Shown one piece after another: positions 9,089 through 18,682 of a stretch of 64,000 nucleotides of DNA (positions are counted from its first letter, which is position 1; each line of letters opens with the position of its first letter). A program made the position numbers and the translations under genes. The stretch spans positions 124,001-188,000 of IMG/VR virus record IMGVR_UViG_3300037297_000066; one strand, given 5' to 3'. The notes below the pieces were generated by a model. That model ran no database searches. It was not told the DNA's origin and saw nothing but the letters and a program-made list of their open reading frames with translations.

Positions 9089-10042
9089 ATGGGAACGTCG
9101 AGATGGAGTGATGACTTTTACAGTGCGAGAGAAGCCGAACGGGCCAAGACTGGAACGAGCGCCTTCCACTACACTGAGGCGATCAACAAGGGAGAGGAGA
9201 TTCGTCAGGTACACGCAACGATGAACCCCCAGGGAGTGACCCGGGAAAGCCGAGACAGTGACGAGCACCCGGACAGCAACTCGGTGGCCGTCATTTTCGA
9301 CGTGACCGGCTCGATGCACACGGTTCCTGTACTCCTACAGAAGAAGCTTCCCAAACTCATGGGGACTCTGGGGCGCAAGAACTATCTCCCCCATCCCCAG
9401 GTGCTGTTCGGAGCAGTAGGAGACTACTACAACGACAAGGGTCCGGTCCAAATCGGCCAGTACGAATCCGGCATCGAGATGGATGATGACCTGGGACGGT
9501 TCTGGCTCGAAGGGGGAGGGGGCGGCACTGGAGAAGAATCCTACGAACTGGCTCTGTATTTCTTTGCCCGACACACGAGCATCGACTGCTTCGAGAAGCG
9601 GGGAAGAAAAGGCTACTTGTTCATCGTCGGTGACGAGAAGCCCTACCCTCGGGTGGATCGTCAGGCCGTCAAGAGGATCTTCGGAGACGACATCCAGGAA
9701 GACATCCCCATCGAACAGATCATTGCCGAATGCAGGGAGAAGTACCACGTGTTCTTCCTCCTCCCCAAGGGCACTTCGCACTGGAACAGCACGCCGACCC
9801 ACGCCCGATGGATCCAACTCTTGGGCGAGGACTACTTCCGGCTCTTGGAAGATCCCGACACTGTCTGCGAGACCATTTCGGTGATCATCGGCATGACCGA
9901 GGGTACTGTGAACCTCGACCAGGCCAAGGAACATCTCCGAGAAGCGGGAACGTCCGAAGCAGCGTTGAACCACGTCACCAACGCCGTCCAGTCTCTGGCT
10001 CGCCAAGGAAAGGCTCCCTCGGAGGGGAACGTTCGCCTCTGA
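9089..10042 (+). CDS. von Willebrand factor A (vWA) domain protein
   Basis: MIDAS-like FDVTGSM, AVGD, EGGGGG..EESY, YLFIVGDE. Confidence 0.85.
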   Translation: MGTSRWSDDFYSAREAERAKTGTSAFHYTEAINKGEEIRQVHATMNPQGVTRESRDSDEHPDSNSVAVIFDVTGSMHTVPVLLQKKLPKLMGTLGRKNYLPHPQVLFGAVGDYYNDKGPVQIGQYESGIEMDDDLGRFWLEGGGGGTGEESYELALYFFARHTSIDCFEKRGRKGYLFIVGDEKPYPRVDRQAVKRIFGDDIQEDIPIEQIIAECREKYHVFFLLPKGTSHWNSTPTHARWIQLLGEDYFRLLEDPDTVCETISVIIGMTEGTVNLDQAKEHLREAGTSEAALNHVTNAVQSLARQGKAPSEGNVRL

Positions 10043-11391
10043 TGCCAGTCGTAGTCACAGGACTCGGCTTTGGTGACGAAGGCAAGGGTTCCATCGTTGA
10101 CTTTTTGGCCAGGGGATGTGACTCCTTTTCTCTGGTCGTCAGGTATAGCGGTGGAGCCCAAGCTGCCCATACCGTAGTGTGCCCCGACGGGAGAGAGCAC
10201 ACCTTCTCCCAGTTCGGCTCAGGAACATTCGTCCCAGGATCAAAAACGTTCCTGAGCCGACACATGCTGGTCAACCCAGTCGCCCTCTTGAGCGAGGAGC
10301 AACACCTTCAATCTGTGGGTGTGACTGATGCATTTGACCGTCTCTACATCGATGCCGGAGCCCTGGTCACCAATCCGTTCCAGGTCTCAGCCAATCGCCT
10401 TCGGGAGCTAGCCAGAGACAAGAAGCGTCACGGGTCCTGTGGGATGGGCATCGGGGAGACCAAGCAAGACCATTCCGACCATCCCGAAACCACCATCATC
10501 GTTGACACCCTCAAGGATCCTGGTCTGGTCCGAGCTAAGTTAGAGCTGAGCCGACAACTCAAGCTAGACGAATTCGAGAAAGTCGTATGGGACCTGCCTC
10601 GAACTGAAGCCGTGGCCCGAGAGTGGCACCTGTTGCGGGACAAAGGGTCCGTGGATGCTTGCGTAAAGCGATTCCAAGAGGTCTACTCACGAGCTCAAAT
10701 TGTAGGAGACCCCTTTCTCCCGGAGCACCTCCGTCGAAAAGACCACTTCATCATCTTCGAGGGATCTCAAGGGGTTCTCCTGGATCATGCCTACGGACTC
10801 TTTCCTCATGTCACACGGGGAGACACCACCCTGAAGAATGCTCTAGATCTACTGAACGGAACCGAGCCCTTCACGATAGGAGTCCTCCGAGCGTACTCTA
10901 CCCGCCACGGGGCCGGACCTTTTCCGACCGAGGACACCACCTGGAACCTGCCAGAACCCCACAACAGAACCAATGCTTGGCAACAGGGGTTCAGGGCAGG
11001 GCCCCTAGACATCCTCCTGGCTCGCTACGCCATCCAAGCCATTGGAGGGGTAGACGCCATAGCCCTCAACCATCTAGACCATCTAGGGCCGTCTGGGGCC
11101 CCTTACAGGCTATGCCGGGAATACGACTCTCCTGTCCTCCACACCAGATTCAGTCCTACCCATGGGCCAATAACTCAACTGCTCCCAAGGTTCTCCTATG
11201 ACCTGGAAGCCAGAAAACGGTTCACCTCGGCCGTAGAACAAGTGCGACCCCTCTACACCTCTTTCTCAAACGAGGATAGTTTTAAAGCCCAGATCCGGGA
11301 AGACTTGGGGCACTCAGCTATCCTCGAAGGAAGAGGCCCAACAGCCAACGACAAAAAGTTCAAAATCAACCGGCTAAAGAACCATGCCTGA
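10042..11391 (+). CDS. purA: adenylosuccinate synthetase-like (PurA-family) protein, divergent
   Basis: GLGFGDEGKG P-loop, RYSGGAQAAHT, GSCGMGIG, FEGSQG.LLD, TRHGAGPFPTE; start re-called to TGATG overlap at 10042. Confidence 0.85.
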   Translation: MPVVVTGLGFGDEGKGSIVDFLARGCDSFSLVVRYSGGAQAAHTVVCPDGREHTFSQFGSGTFVPGSKTFLSRHMLVNPVALLSEEQHLQSVGVTDAFDRLYIDAGALVTNPFQVSANRLRELARDKKRHGSCGMGIGETKQDHSDHPETTIIVDTLKDPGLVRAKLELSRQLKLDEFEKVVWDLPRTEAVAREWHLLRDKGSVDACVKRFQEVYSRAQIVGDPFLPEHLRRKDHFIIFEGSQGVLLDHAYGLFPHVTRGDTTLKNALDLLNGTEPFTIGVLRAYSTRHGAGPFPTEDTTWNLPEPHNRTNAWQQGFRAGPLDILLARYAIQAIGGVDAIALNHLDHLGPSGAPYRLCREYDSPVLHTRFSPTHGPITQLLPRFSYDLEARKRFTSAVEQVRPLYTSFSNEDSFKAQIREDLGHSAILEGRGPTANDKKFKINRLKNHA

Positions 11392-12265
11392 AAGTACCCT
11401 CCTAGAAGCTATTCGCTCCGAAGCCGAGACCGTCCCTTTGACCAGGGGAGACTTCTGCGACCTGTCTCTCATCACCTATACGCAAGAGGCCGGGAAGGAA
11501 AGCCGACCCACGGTTTGGGATCGTCTTCTGGATGAGGGGGAAGAGGTGACGGCCGTCCTCAAGATGACCAGAAGGGCTGTTGACAACGACCTCCTAGACA
11601 ACGAGCTGCGCATTCTCAACCATTTGTTTCCCCCAGACGCCAAAGAAGAAAAGTTCCTGCGTTACCTACCCCACCTGCTGGCAGCCTTCACTGAAGGCGG
11701 CCACCGAGTCAACGCCTTAACCTATGCCGAGGGGTACGTGTCTCTCGAAGACATCCTCAAGAGCTATCCCAACGGAATCGATTACAGAGACTTCGCTTGG
11801 ATGTTCCGGCGCCTCTTGGAGGGGCTCTTCTACGTCCACCGACACGGAGTAGTGCACGGAGCTCTGGTGCCTTCCCACGTTCTGATTCATCCCACAGAAC
11901 ACGGGGCCAAGATCATCGACTGGTCCTACGCTGTACGGGAAAATGAAGTCGTCAAGGCCATCGTGGCTCAGTACCGGGCCTACTACCCCATGGAGATCCT
12001 TACCAAGGCATCCCCTCGTCCCTGCTCCGATCTCTACATGGCAGCCAAGTGTGGGGTCGCCCTTATGGGAGGGAACCCCAAAACGAACGAGATGCCAGAC
12101 AAGGTACCCCCGGAGATCCAAGCCTTCTTTCAAGGATGTCTTCAGAAGACTCCCTCAATGAGGCCCTCGGATGCCAGTGAGCTCTACGATGAGTACTCTG
12201 AGGTTCTGAGGAAGCTCCTCGGGAAACCCAAGTACCGCCCCTTCAAGATGCCGCCCCTAAACTGA
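11384..12265 (+). CDS. Ser/Thr protein kinase-like protein lacking the catalytic Asp (probable pseudokinase)
   Basis: VLK..., NE..IL, Y.H..GVVHGALVPSHVLI, IIDWSYA, Y.P.E, SDLY; HRD replaced by HGA, DFG by DWS. Confidence 0.8.
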   Translation: MPESTLLEAIRSEAETVPLTRGDFCDLSLITYTQEAGKESRPTVWDRLLDEGEEVTAVLKMTRRAVDNDLLDNELRILNHLFPPDAKEEKFLRYLPHLLAAFTEGGHRVNALTYAEGYVSLEDILKSYPNGIDYRDFAWMFRRLLEGLFYVHRHGVVHGALVPSHVLIHPTEHGAKIIDWSYAVRENEVVKAIVAQYRAYYPMEILTKASPRPCSDLYMAAKCGVALMGGNPKTNEMPDKVPPEIQAFFQGCLQKTPSMRPSDASELYDEYSEVLRKLLGKPKYRPFKMPPLN

Positions 12266-12271
12266 AGGCGT

Positions 12272-12721
12272 CTACTTCTTGCCCTTGGCTTCCTCTTCCT
12301 TTTTATGGGAACGAGACAAAGCCGTATGGAACAAGTTCGCCTTGGTCCAGATCTCGTTTAGCTTTTTGCCGTCCCCCGCATCCTGGGCTTGTTTCTCCTC
12401 GATTTCGAGAAGATGCAGGGATCCTCGAATAGCACTCGTAGGACGCTTGGCAATCTGATCGATGACAGCATTCTTCTCTTTCGGGCTCATCTTGGTGACA
12501 TCTTTGCCCTTGAAGACCTTGTCCTCTGAGGGTCTCTGGATGCCCTTGGGCTTGTCATCCTTACCCTTATCCTTGCCTTTGTCCTTGTCCCCCTTGACGG
12601 TGTGCTTGTTGGGATCGGCCTTGGGGTGTTCCTTCAGATACTTCTCCCGGGCCTCGGGAGTGGCGTGAACCTTTCCCTGCTTTTCGACGTAACGACTGGC
12701 AACTCGTTCATGAAGCTTCAT
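12272..12721 (-). CDS. Lys-rich hypothetical protein (possibly virion-associated)
   Basis: MKLHERVASRY N-terminus, KDKG repeats, GGAGG RBS; virion role is inference. Confidence 0.6.
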   Translation of the reverse strand: MKLHERVASRYVEKQGKVHATPEAREKYLKEHPKADPNKHTVKGDKDKGKDKGKDDKPKGIQRPSEDKVFKGKDVTKMSPKEKNAVIDQIAKRPTSAIRGSLHLLEIEEKQAQDAGDGKKLNEIWTKANLFHTALSRSHKKEEEAKGKK

Positions 12722-12747
12722 GTCTAATGCCTCCCATCAAAGGATCT

Positions 12748-14013
12748 TCACCCGAGATACCCGGGTAGCGGCTGAGCTCTGTACCTTCCATCCCGACACA
12801 GGTGCACCTTGCATTCTATCCCATCGATGGACCTGAACCCCCTAAATACTTCATTTCCCTTAGGTTTGTACTTACTGGGCTTCCAAGACTTGTCGGTGGA
12901 ACTCTTCCACTGGGACGTCCCGGACAGCAAGAAACAGAGTCCTGGAACCATAGCCCCTGAACGAAGTTTCCACTTCTTCTGACGCTTTTCTTGCAGCACC
13001 TGATGACGGTCTTCCAACACGACTTCTGGAAGGGGTACAAAGTCTCTCCAGTTGGATTCGTCGGCTTGAGGGGCTTGATGAATCTCCCAAAAGGAGGGAT
13101 CGATCCCTCCCATAAGACCCTCATCCGGGTACCACCCTGACTCCTCGTAGATGTCCTCTATCAGGTTTCGGATTTTGTAGGTTGGCCAAAGCGTGCCGGT
13201 TCGCTCGAACCGAGCCACCAGTTTTTCTCGAATGGCTTTCCTCCTGGACCAATGCCGGTGAGCGTACTTGCATGCAGTACAAGCCACCAACTTCTCACGC
13301 TTGAGCTGTAGTCGAATAACGGACACCACTCTCTGAATTTCATTGCCGCAGCTGCATCTAAAGAGCCACCGCTGGTTGTAGCCTGGATCCGAAGGAAGTC
13401 GTTCGACAGCTGTCAGTCTTCCAAACTGTTGCCCAGGAACAATCTTCCGGATCCCCCTACAAATCTTGCACGTAGGTACCCTGCCACAACTCACCTGGTA
13501 CCGCATGAGAGAGACTCGACGTACCTCTTCGTTGCCACAATCACAGCGGAAAACCCAGCACTGAGAACCGTCCTCTGCTGGATCCACCTCTCTGACAGCT
13601 ACTAAATTGCCAAACCGATCCCCTTCAAAGATCGGGAGCTTATGCCTGCACGAAATGCAACGAGGAACGTAGCCTTTGAGCAGGCCGGCACGCAGGTTGT
13701 AGGAAACCCTCACCTCCTGACGACCGCAATCACATTGAACCATCCACCTATTCTCAGACAAAGGCTTGATGGCCGTCAGCTTTCCGAACCGATCTCCTGG
13801 AGAGATCTTGAAGCGCTTCTTGAGACAAGACTTGCATTTAGGTGTCTTGTTACGGTTGACCTGGTATTGGACAGTAGAGACGTATCGAACTTCTTCTCTG
13901 CCACAATCACATTTGAAAACCCACCGTTGACGCCCTGCCTTATCACAAGGCATCTGCTTAAGGGCCGTCAGCTTTCCGAAGCGGGCCCCCGGTTCTATGG
14001 GATTCTCAAACAC
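12748..14013 (-). CDS. protein with four tandem 'G.RFG.L...W.F.C.CG' Cys repeats (type found in HNH/AP2 phage endonuclease-associated proteins)
   Basis: Repeats GARFGKLTA..RWVFKCDCG, GDRFGKLTA..RWMVQCDCG, GDRFGNLVA..WVFRCDCG, GQQFGRLTA..RWLFRCSCG, each followed by CxxC. Confidence 0.75.
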   Translation of the reverse strand: MFENPIEPGARFGKLTALKQMPCDKAGRQRWVFKCDCGREEVRYVSTVQYQVNRNKTPKCKSCLKKRFKISPGDRFGKLTAIKPLSENRWMVQCDCGRQEVRVSYNLRAGLLKGYVPRCISCRHKLPIFEGDRFGNLVAVREVDPAEDGSQCWVFRCDCGNEEVRRVSLMRYQVSCGRVPTCKICRGIRKIVPGQQFGRLTAVERLPSDPGYNQRWLFRCSCGNEIQRVVSVIRLQLKREKLVACTACKYAHRHWSRRKAIREKLVARFERTGTLWPTYKIRNLIEDIYEESGWYPDEGLMGGIDPSFWEIHQAPQADESNWRDFVPLPEVVLEDRHQVLQEKRQKKWKLRSGAMVPGLCFLLSGTSQWKSSTDKSWKPSKYKPKGNEVFRGFRSIDGIECKVHLCRDGRYRAQPLPGYLG

Positions 14014-14022
14014 GGCTCTGGT

Positions 14023-14385
14023 CTAGCACCAAAACAGCAAAATCTTGGTGTCGGGAGGGTACTCTTGGAGCTTCTCTGTTACTCGAAACATGGGAAACCC
14101 GTGCATGTCCATAGCAGCCAGGGTTGTCCCCTGAAAGTCTTTGGGAATCAAGTAGGTCAACCGATGCCCGAAATCATCCACGGCTATGAGAGAAGGCTTC
14201 CGGTCTTCCCACGACCAATGCCCCCGCACCTCGACACCCTCGGGGAGGGTATGTGCCTTCGCTCGGAGCTTCTCGAACTCCTCAGGATCCCGGTTGACCT
14301 GGTAAGCGGTCACCGCAACCCAAGGGACCTGGTCCGAGTCAGTGATGAAGAGCTTCAGGTCAGTGCCCACGGGCCCTCCGTACAA
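14023..14385 (-). CDS. hypothetical protein
   Basis: ORF in a minus-strand run; start uncertain. Confidence 0.55.
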   Translation of the reverse strand: MYGGPVGTDLKLFITDSDQVPWVAVTAYQVNRDPEEFEKLRAKAHTLPEGVEVRGHWSWEDRKPSLIAVDDFGHRLTYLIPKDFQGTTLAAMDMHGFPMFRVTEKLQEYPPDTKILLFWC

Positions 14386-14584
14386 CTCCCTCCAAGGTCT
14401 GTCGTCGCTTCCGCATCTCGTCCTCGGTCAGGACCTTCTCCCACATGAGATCGGCCAGGAGCGCCTTGTAGGCCACCATGTGGGCGTGCCTGAGCTGCAG
14501 GTCGGGTTCTACCGCCAGAATCCTGTGGGTGTTTTGGACCCATCGTGCTCGAATCCCCGAACTCATCGCACCACCTTGAGGCAA
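14360..14584 (-). CDS. hypothetical protein
   Basis: Overlap-coupled small ORF. Confidence 0.5.
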   Translation of the reverse strand: MPQGGAMSSGIRARWVQNTHRILAVEPDLQLRHAHMVAYKALLADLMWEKVLTEDEMRKRRQTLEGVVRRARGH

Positions 14585-14961
14585 CCGTTCATTTGGGAGC
14601 TCCCCAACGCAGCGAGCTTCACAGCGTCCATGACGTTCTGGGGGGAGCAGTCGAATCTCCAGATCGTGATCTGAAACTTGCTCCTGACAACCCTCCAGTA
14701 GACCAGTCTCGAACCCTCCTCAACGTCGGGATCCGTGACCCACGAAGCTACGATGTAGATCCCGTTCGGGAGCAGATAACCCACCAGGCCCTCTTCCGGC
14801 CACACCCCGTTGGGATCCTCAGGGTCGATGTAGTCTTGATCAACTACTCTCCAACACCCCACCGGAGCATAGGAATCGGGAGGAGGTTCCCCTCGGAGGA
14901 ACAGGACAGGGGCTCCTAGATTCTCAATCTGAGGGATCATCTGGTTCAGGTAGATCTTCAT
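14563..14961 (-). CDS. hypothetical protein, paralog of 15519..15908
   Basis: MKIYLNQMIPQIE...VGCW...PE..LV.Y.LP.G..IVASW....D.E..RLVY. Confidence 0.75.
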   Translation of the reverse strand: MKIYLNQMIPQIENLGAPVLFLRGEPPPDSYAPVGCWRVVDQDYIDPEDPNGVWPEEGLVGYLLPNGIYIVASWVTDPDVEEGSRLVYWRVVRSKFQITIWRFDCSPQNVMDAVKLAALGSSQMNGCLKVVR

Positions 14962-15428
14962 GCCCCCTTCTCCTTGATCATCTTCCTGATGCATTCTCGG
15001 ACGTGGGCCTTGGCTTGGTCGAGCTCCGAGTACTCCCAGTCTGGCCCCGTATGGGAGTAGGTGTTCACGTGCCGGATTCCGAGCTCTTCATTGACAGGAG
15101 CGGTCCAGTACCAACCCCGAGTCTCCCGGCTGAAACCTCCTGGACCCCAGTGAGACAGGCTTGCTACCCGAACCCCTCCGTACTTCAGGATCCACCCTCG
15201 GGGTTCCTGTCCTACCCGGGCCAACCCAGTGAGGTTCGGCTCTTTGGACCATCTCAGGGAAGGTTTTTTCACGACATCTTCTCCACTATACACCGCCTCA
15301 GCCAAAACTGAGACGGAGACTGTCCAGCAGTTTTCTCCAACACTGCTGACAGAAGGGGCAATTAGGACGCCATTTCCACTGCTTACCGTGAACCGACGAC
15401 ATTGCCGGACGCTTTCTGCAACACTCAC
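14958..15428 (-). CDS. hypothetical protein
   Basis: ATGA overlap with the next gene; start uncertain. Confidence 0.5.
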   Translation of the reverse strand: MSVAESVRQCRRFTVSSGNGVLIAPSVSSVGENCWTVSVSVLAEAVYSGEDVVKKPSLRWSKEPNLTGLARVGQEPRGWILKYGGVRVASLSHWGPGGFSRETRGWYWTAPVNEELGIRHVNTYSHTGPDWEYSELDQAKAHVRECIRKMIKEKGA

Positions 15429-15483
15429 ACAGATGCTTGGCTCGGGACATGACGACCTTTCAGGGGGTTGCTAGGAAAACGAT

Positions 15484-15504
15484 TGAGGGGGCCCGATCTT
15501 AACC
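15484..15504 (-). promoter_or_regulatory. degenerate 31-bp promoter element (-10 half lost)
   Basis: GGTTAAGATCGGGCCCCCTCA followed by non-consensus sequence. Confidence 0.55.
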
Positions 15505-15518
15505 CGGGCCCCAAGAAA

Positions 15519-15908
15519 CTACACTAGGAGCTCAAAGAGCAGCGTGAGCCCAAACCGCCCGGCATGTACGGCTTGCAGAGTAGCCCGGTAGTCCTTACCC
15601 GCTTGGTTGACGGCGTAGACCTTGATTCTCAGATCGGTCTTGTCGATGATGTAGTAGACCAGACGAGCATCCTCGGGATCCTCATCTGGCTCTGTCCACG
15701 AAGCCACAATGAACAGCCCCGGAGGCAGTGAGTAGGCCACGAGATTGGCTTCCGGCAACCGGGCCCCCTTCGTCACGGGCTCCAAGGTGGTTGCCTTCCA
15801 GCACCCCACCTCATGGTCCTTGGACTGGCCGACGAAGAAGACGTGGTTCTCACAGACCCGTTGCTTCAGCTCGATCTGGGGCGCTTCCTGGTTGAGGTAG
15901 ACGTTCAC
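15519..15908 (-). CDS. hypothetical protein, paralog of 14563..14961
   Basis: MNVYLNQEAPQIE...VGCW...PE..LV.Y.LP.G..IVASW. Confidence 0.75.
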   Translation of the reverse strand: MNVYLNQEAPQIELKQRVCENHVFFVGQSKDHEVGCWKATTLEPVTKGARLPEANLVAYSLPPGLFIVASWTEPDEDPEDARLVYYIIDKTDLRIKVYAVNQAGKDYRATLQAVHAGRFGLTLLFELLV

Positions 15909-16408
15909 TGGTCCTCTCCTCTGACTGCTTGAGCCATGGCCTCGGGGCTGTAGCGGACCTCTTCCCCAGTGCTCTCGGGGAACCCGAACTTCTGCTCCTC
16001 TTCCACCTGGTAGAAGCTGCCCTGGGCGAAGGTGGTGATTCGGTTCTGGTACTGTCGCAGAATCCGGGAGATCCCTTCGGTCCAGCCAGAGTCGTGGTCG
16101 GCTACGAGGAACCAGTCGGTGTACCCCTCGTCATAGTCCGTACCCGGCTTGAGGGTAGCGTCGCCGTCGTCGTCGTAGTCCAGATCCTCGACGGGAATGA
16201 CGGTCCATGCTTCCCGCACCCACACCTGCACGTAGTTGCAAGGGGCATAGATCGCCACTTCGAGATAGCGGTACCCATCCTCGACATCCGTATCGACGGT
16301 CAGACGGAAGTTCGTGAGCAGGGCCTTGGGCTGCTCCTGCTTGACCTGGAACTTACCCACCTTCTCCTCGAAGGTCTGTCGCAGCACACTGACTAGTAGG
16401 TTCAACAT
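15905..16408 (-). CDS. acidic hypothetical protein
   Basis: Downstream of a 31-bp promoter element. Confidence 0.7.
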   Translation of the reverse strand: MLNLLVSVLRQTFEEKVGKFQVKQEQPKALLTNFRLTVDTDVEDGYRYLEVAIYAPCNYVQVWVREAWTVIPVEDLDYDDDGDATLKPGTDYDEGYTDWFLVADHDSGWTEGISRILRQYQNRITTFAQGSFYQVEEEQKFGFPESTGEEVRYSPEAMAQAVRGEDQ

Positions 16409-16441
16409 GGGAGGAGGGATTCCTTTCTGTGTCGTTCCCTT

Positions 16442-16472
16442 CTACTACACTTGAGGGGCCCAGATCTTAACC
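16442..16472 (-). promoter_or_regulatory. 31-bp promoter element
   Basis: GG TTAAGA tctgggcccctcaagtg TAGTAG (17-bp spacer). Confidence 0.85.
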
Positions 16473-16479
16473 CGGGGTC

Positions 16480-17088
16480 TCACATTCCTGGGGGATTCGA
16501 ACTGCAATTCCGGCACTCGTCGGTCGAGTTGTCCACCTCGGTCGTACGGCCACAGCCAGAACAGTACTCGTCGTAGCGGATCCCCCGCACTCCCCAAGGG
16601 AGGAGAGGAAGAGAAGGAGGCTCCTCAACCTGTCGTCGAGCTTCCTTTTCCTGGTCCAGAGCCTGCAGCCGACGGGCCGCCAGTCTCATGCGAACCCGGT
16701 CGTGAGACGTGTAGGGAAACCCGCTGAAGTCCCCCCATCGAACTCCGTAGGAGTCCACAGCCACTCGGGTCTCAGGACTCTCCTGATCCGGGAAACACTC
16801 CACCCCCAGACGAGCACACTCAGCCTCGTATGCCTCCCGCGTGAGAGGGGCTCCCCAAGCCGCCTGTTCCCAGTCCCAGTCTTGGATGACAGCCTCTGCC
16901 GACTCAGGAGTCTCGTGGCGGTTGATGGCCCGACCCAGACTCGGGCCGTACCCGAGCTCATTGCTGTAGGTCCAGCAACCACAAGTATCGTCCCGGTGCA
17001 CCCGGTAGGTGGTGCCAGTGGTCTTACCAATCACGGTTCTCTCGGGAGTCATCTTCAAGATCCCTTCGGCTTTCGGTAGTCGTTCCAC
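16480..17088 (-). CDS. hypothetical protein, C-terminal Zn ribbon
   Basis: CSGCG...CRNC. Confidence 0.65.
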   Translation of the reverse strand: MERLPKAEGILKMTPERTVIGKTTGTTYRVHRDDTCGCWTYSNELGYGPSLGRAINRHETPESAEAVIQDWDWEQAAWGAPLTREAYEAECARLGVECFPDQESPETRVAVDSYGVRWGDFSGFPYTSHDRVRMRLAARRLQALDQEKEARRQVEEPPSLPLLPWGVRGIRYDEYCSGCGRTTEVDNSTDECRNCSSNPPGM

Positions 17089-17437
17089 TCACTGTCTTCA
17101 CGTTGGAGGATGAAGAGGCGGTATGCCTCGAACCCAAAGGTTCCGAACCGTCTCAATGCTTCATCCGCAGGGTCGGGAGAACCAGAATTGGCCACCATTC
17201 GGATTTGGACCGAACTCACAATGGTAGGAGGACCCGTCAGAAGCTCTCGGCAAGGTTGGTTGGACATGCCAGGTAAATGATCGAGGGGGCCAAAATTTAA
17301 CTCGACACTACACCATCGTGTCGATTTAGGCGGCCACTCCTGACTTTTGGTATACGAGTCTCCCACATCTACCCCTGAAAACGTTCAACCCCGGAGGTGT
17401 CACCCCCCAGGGTTGAATGTCCCTGCCATCCTGAAGC

Positions 17438-17923
17438 TCAGGAAGCCTTTTTCTCCTCGGCGAAAAACCTCTGTCGATCAGTTTCGACATGGTTTTCCAG
17501 CCGGCGCAACTCCTCAGCCACGGCCGGGGGGTACATGTCCTGCACTGGCTGCAGAATGTCCTCCACAGCACAGGCGGTCTCAGCCGCTGCCTGGTAGGCT
17601 TTGGCCATCCGAATCGAAGCTGCGGGAGACTGGCCTGAGGTAGCACACCAGCTCAGCCGGACCTTGACCTCGTGGCGAGGGTTCTCCTCCGACTTGTAGA
17701 CCACGATCTGGATCAACAGATGGCCGCTCCGACCCCAGTCGATCCCCACCTGCGATTCGAAGCGGTAGGAGACTCGCTGCTCGTTTTCGTGCACGTAGCT
17801 CAGGTGCACGGGCTGAAGCTGGCCTGCTTTCACAGCATCCGTCACGGCGCCTTCCGATTCGATTCCCACACCCACCACACTGGTGGCTTCGGTCAACAAT
17901 GCAATCAATGATGCCTTTGCCAT
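17438..17923 (-). CDS. hypothetical protein
   Basis: Downstream of a 31-bp promoter element. Confidence 0.7.
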   Translation of the reverse strand: MAKASLIALLTEATSVVGVGIESEGAVTDAVKAGQLQPVHLSYVHENEQRVSYRFESQVGIDWGRSGHLLIQIVVYKSEENPRHEVKVRLSWCATSGQSPAASIRMAKAYQAAAETACAVEDILQPVQDMYPPAVAEELRRLENHVETDRQRFFAEEKKAS

Positions 17924-17966
17924 GTCTCTTTTCGCCTTTCTAAGCCTCTGATTGGCCGTCTGCCTA

Positions 17967-17997
17967 CTACTACACGTGAGGGGCTCGGATCTTAACC
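17967..17997 (-). promoter_or_regulatory. 31-bp promoter element
   Basis: GG TTAAGA tccgagcccctcacgtg TAGTAG. Confidence 0.85.
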
Positions 17998-18239
17998 TCG
18001 GGCCCTGCTTTTCGGAGCTCTTTCACGTCGATGACACCCCCGCTCCACGGTAGACCAGATCCAGTGAAGATCTTGTGCTTGATCCCCGCCAAGTCAGACG
18101 GCAGAGAGTAGATGTCTTTGCGGTCCCAGCCGGCCTTTTCCAGCACGGGAACCACAGCATCGAAAACGCAGGAAGCCTCCACGAGCTCGATCTCAGCGTC
18201 CGTATCAACCTCGCACACGTACACAACCACGTATTTCAC
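17970..18239 (-). CDS. hypothetical protein (C-terminus reads through a promoter element)
   Basis: AAGGAG RBS; ends VKIRAPHV*. Confidence 0.6.
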   Translation of the reverse strand: MKYVVVYVCEVDTDAEIELVEASCVFDAVVPVLEKAGWDRKDIYSLPSDLAGIKHKIFTGSGLPWSGGVIDVKELRKAGPEVKIRAPHV

Positions 18240-18292
18240 GTCTCGTCTCCTTGATGGTCCAGGAAGGCGTCTAGGAGCCCTCCTGAAAGGGT

Positions 18293-18631
18293 TTACTCAG
18301 TAGGGGTGCCCTGGGCAGCAACCAGGTCAGGGCGGCCCTCAGATAGCATCTTGGCCGCCTTCTCGGACAACCGGTGGTCTTCCTGGTGACCACTGTTCCA
18401 GGTCACCTCCAACACGGTTCCGTTGAGTCTCAGTCCAAACCGATCTTCCACGGGCCGGGCCTGCTCTGAGGATACCCTGACACCCTTGTGTTGTAGCAAT
18501 TCGGCCACTCGGTTGGAAACCCTGGCCCGTTCCCCGTTCAGGTGGAGCCACCAGGAGAAGCCAACATCGTAGGGGACTTCCAGATGAAGGTACTGAGGCT
18601 CGTGGGGGTCTCTGCTGACCTTGTTTGCCAT
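18293..18631 (-). CDS. hypothetical protein with internal duplication
   Basis: RVSNRVAELL / RLSEKAAKML; ATG 4 nt after the promoter element. Confidence 0.6.
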   Translation of the reverse strand: MANKVSRDPHEPQYLHLEVPYDVGFSWWLHLNGERARVSNRVAELLQHKGVRVSSEQARPVEDRFGLRLNGTVLEVTWNSGHQEDHRLSEKAAKMLSEGRPDLVAAQGTPTE

Positions 18632-18635
18632 GTTC

Positions 18636-18666
18636 ATACTACACGTGAAGGAGCCAGATCTTAACC
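18636..18666 (-). promoter_or_regulatory. 31-bp promoter element
   Basis: GG TTAAGA tctggctccttcacgtg TAGTAT. Confidence 0.85.
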
Positions 18667-18682
18667 CGGACTCCAAGAATTC

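Noticed and set aside
9730-10041. 104-aa N-terminal extension of PurA in the ORF track
   Set aside because: It overlaps the vWA gene in another frame; PurA homology begins at the TGATG-coupled ATG at 10042.
10042-11391. PurZ (2-aminoadenine genome) assignment
   Set aside because: The P-loop has the PurA-type Asp (GDEGKG), not the PurZ Ser; no recognisable Z-cluster organisation around it.
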